This document shows, piece by piece, positions 62,824-64,000 of a stretch of DNA of 64,000 nucleotides. The notes under the pieces were generated by a model, which had not been told where the DNA came from, did no database searches, and saw only the letters and a program-made list of their open reading frames with translations. Origin of the DNA: Cirrosporium novae-zelandiae. Lineage: Eukaryota. The translations under genes were made by a program, and so were the position numbers. Positions within the stretch are counted from its first letter, which is position 1. Each line of letters starts with the position of its first letter. The stretch lies in assembly GCA_026023565.1 (NCBI GenBank), contig JAPETS010000006.1, positions 62,001 through 126,000 of the forward strand, in the 5' to 3' direction.

Positions 62824-64000
62824 TCAAAGATCCATGCTCCATCTTTGTGGAAATATATTCGTCACGTCTTCTTGTTCGTCCACCCAAGGCGCCCATGATA
62901 ACTCACTGGGAGTATACTTTTTGTTTTCGCGGATCCTGAGATCTCTTTCGTCATCGGAACCTGCTGGGGGTAGCGGAACCTTTGCTTCTGAAGCTGGTGA
63001 TACGGATTGTGAATTAAGGGTGGTAGAAGGCGTGGCTAGTTCCTGAAGAGCACGCAACGAAGGGGATCGAGAGGAGAGATTCTGTCGGGATTTCATAGCC
63101 TGTGAGGCGTGTGGGGAGGAAGAGCGTGATGCCGACGAAGTAAGAGAGTTTATTGTGGAAAGGGGAGGTCGAGTTGTGGTGGTCTGTGTATGCCTACGGC
63201 CGTGTGCGTTGGATGCAGTAAAATAATCATTAGGGCCATCGACTATGATGTCGGGTTTTATATGGACAAGATCAGGAATATCGATTGGCGGAGGAGGTCC
63301 TCTTCGTTTCGAAGAACCTTCTGAAGTCCGTCTAGGTTTCTCCGTCGACGGGAAGTTTCTATCATGTTTTTGTCCATTTAGCGTAGCTACGTCTTTCGAG
63401 CTCGGATCCTGGGATCTTCCTCTACTCCTCGTTCGTACGGAACCTCGACCATCAGTCCCCGCATTGCTGTTTAGGCGATGCCTTAAACTTGACCTGCTGC
63501 TATGCGATGTTCCTGACCGCTCACGAGTAACGGGTTCTTTACCGGCCATGACCTTCGCTCGCGGTGGAGGCTGCAACATCCATTGCACTTCTTTCCTCGA
63601 CCTACCAACCTTGGTTCCGGCAACTGGAGCTAATGGAGGAAGCTCCTTGTTCCTTCTTTTTCGTTGAGATCTCGACTTTCGAGGGGACGATGTAGACAGG
63701 CGCTCATCTGTACCTGGGAGTCCAATCGATGATCCATGGGTATTCGGGTAATCCTCGTCTTCGTCTTCGGTCTCCTGGCCCCATAATAGCTCGTCTGCGC
63801 GTTGATATCTCTTGCGATTCCAGTCAGATCCATCAGAATCATCACCTGCATCAGTAGGACTACCTACTACTGTGGTGCCTGAAGAGTTCACCGGACTGGT
63901 TGCTGTACGTGACGCCTCAATCTCCTTCTTCCTGCCTCGAGATGGGGTGGGACCAGCTATTATCTCATCCCGCCAGTATATATTGGTAGAGTATTGGACT
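62824..64000 (-). CDS. Hypothetical fungal protein (Ser/Arg-rich, disordered); 5' part lies outside the window
   Basis: Frame is open from the window edge (..QYSTNIYWRDEIIAGP..) for over 390 codons, with conserved-looking islands WNRKRYQRADELLWG, WMLQPPPRAKVMAGK and terminal RWSMDL. Confidence 0.75.
   Translation of the reverse strand, partial: VQYSTNIYWRDEIIAGPTPSRGRKKEIEASRTATSPVNSSGTTVVGSPTDAGDDSDGSDWNRKRYQRADELLWGQETEDEDEDYPNTHGSSIGLPGTDERLSTSSPRKSRSQRKRRNKELPPLAPVAGTKVGRSRKEVQWMLQPPPRAKVMAGKEPVTRERSGTSHSSRSSLRHRLNSNAGTDGRGSVRTRSRGRSQDPSSKDVATLNGQKHDRNFPSTEKPRRTSEGSSKRRGPPPPIDIPDLVHIKPDIIVDGPNDYFTASNAHGRRHTQTTTTRPPLSTINSLTSSASRSSSPHASQAMKSRQNLSSRSPSLRALQELATPSTTLNSQSVSPASEAKVPLPPAGSDDERDLRIRENKKYTPSELSWAPWVDEQEDVTNIFPQRWSMDL

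Noticed and set aside
1..64000. CRISPR arrays, rRNA, tRNA, operon-type systems, PKS/NRPS clusters, TGA-CTA readthrough with PTS1
   Set aside because: Eukaryotic intron-containing DNA. I saw no repeat-spacer arrays, tRNA cloverleaves or secondary-metabolite backbone genes, and no readthrough context at the stop codons I examined.

Overview
Eukaryotic DNA from a filamentous ascomycete (Pezizomycotina-like). Genes carry short GT-AG introns with CTRAC/CTAAC-type branch points, so the supplied ORF track fragments most of them and misses some. I can support 25 protein-coding genes. Conserved housekeeping genes: HIR1, a GT15 mannosyltransferase, a PPPDE peptidase, OLA1, uS11m, TIM44, a VPS9/ankyrin/PX protein, SGT2, an APQ12-like protein, GPN3, SAM synthetase, VMA13, a TMF1/SGM1-like golgin, NAS6, PRP46 and ERV29. 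Loosely packed accessory stretches interrupt them: an SDR, an I78 inhibitor, a divergent NCS1 permease / 2OG-Fe(II) dioxygenase pair, two sugar porters and a CYP504. A bZIP gene and a hypothetical gene are cut by the window edges. The most notable non-obvious elements are: (1) a box C/D snoRNA (snR69-like, predicted to guide 25S Cm2948) inside an OLA1 intron; (2) an in-frame, AUG-less, presequence-like N-terminal extension of OLA1 from a TTG codon; (3) an oversized, highly structured intron with mutually exclusive pairings in the SAM synthetase gene, plus a structured 3' region, as a candidate SAM-feedback element; (4) a TA-flanked MITE upstream of HIR1; (5) recurrent intergenic motifs TACCTAGGTA (x5) and GTACAGTACAT (x4). 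All family assignments come from motif recognition by eye; no database searches or folding computations were run.
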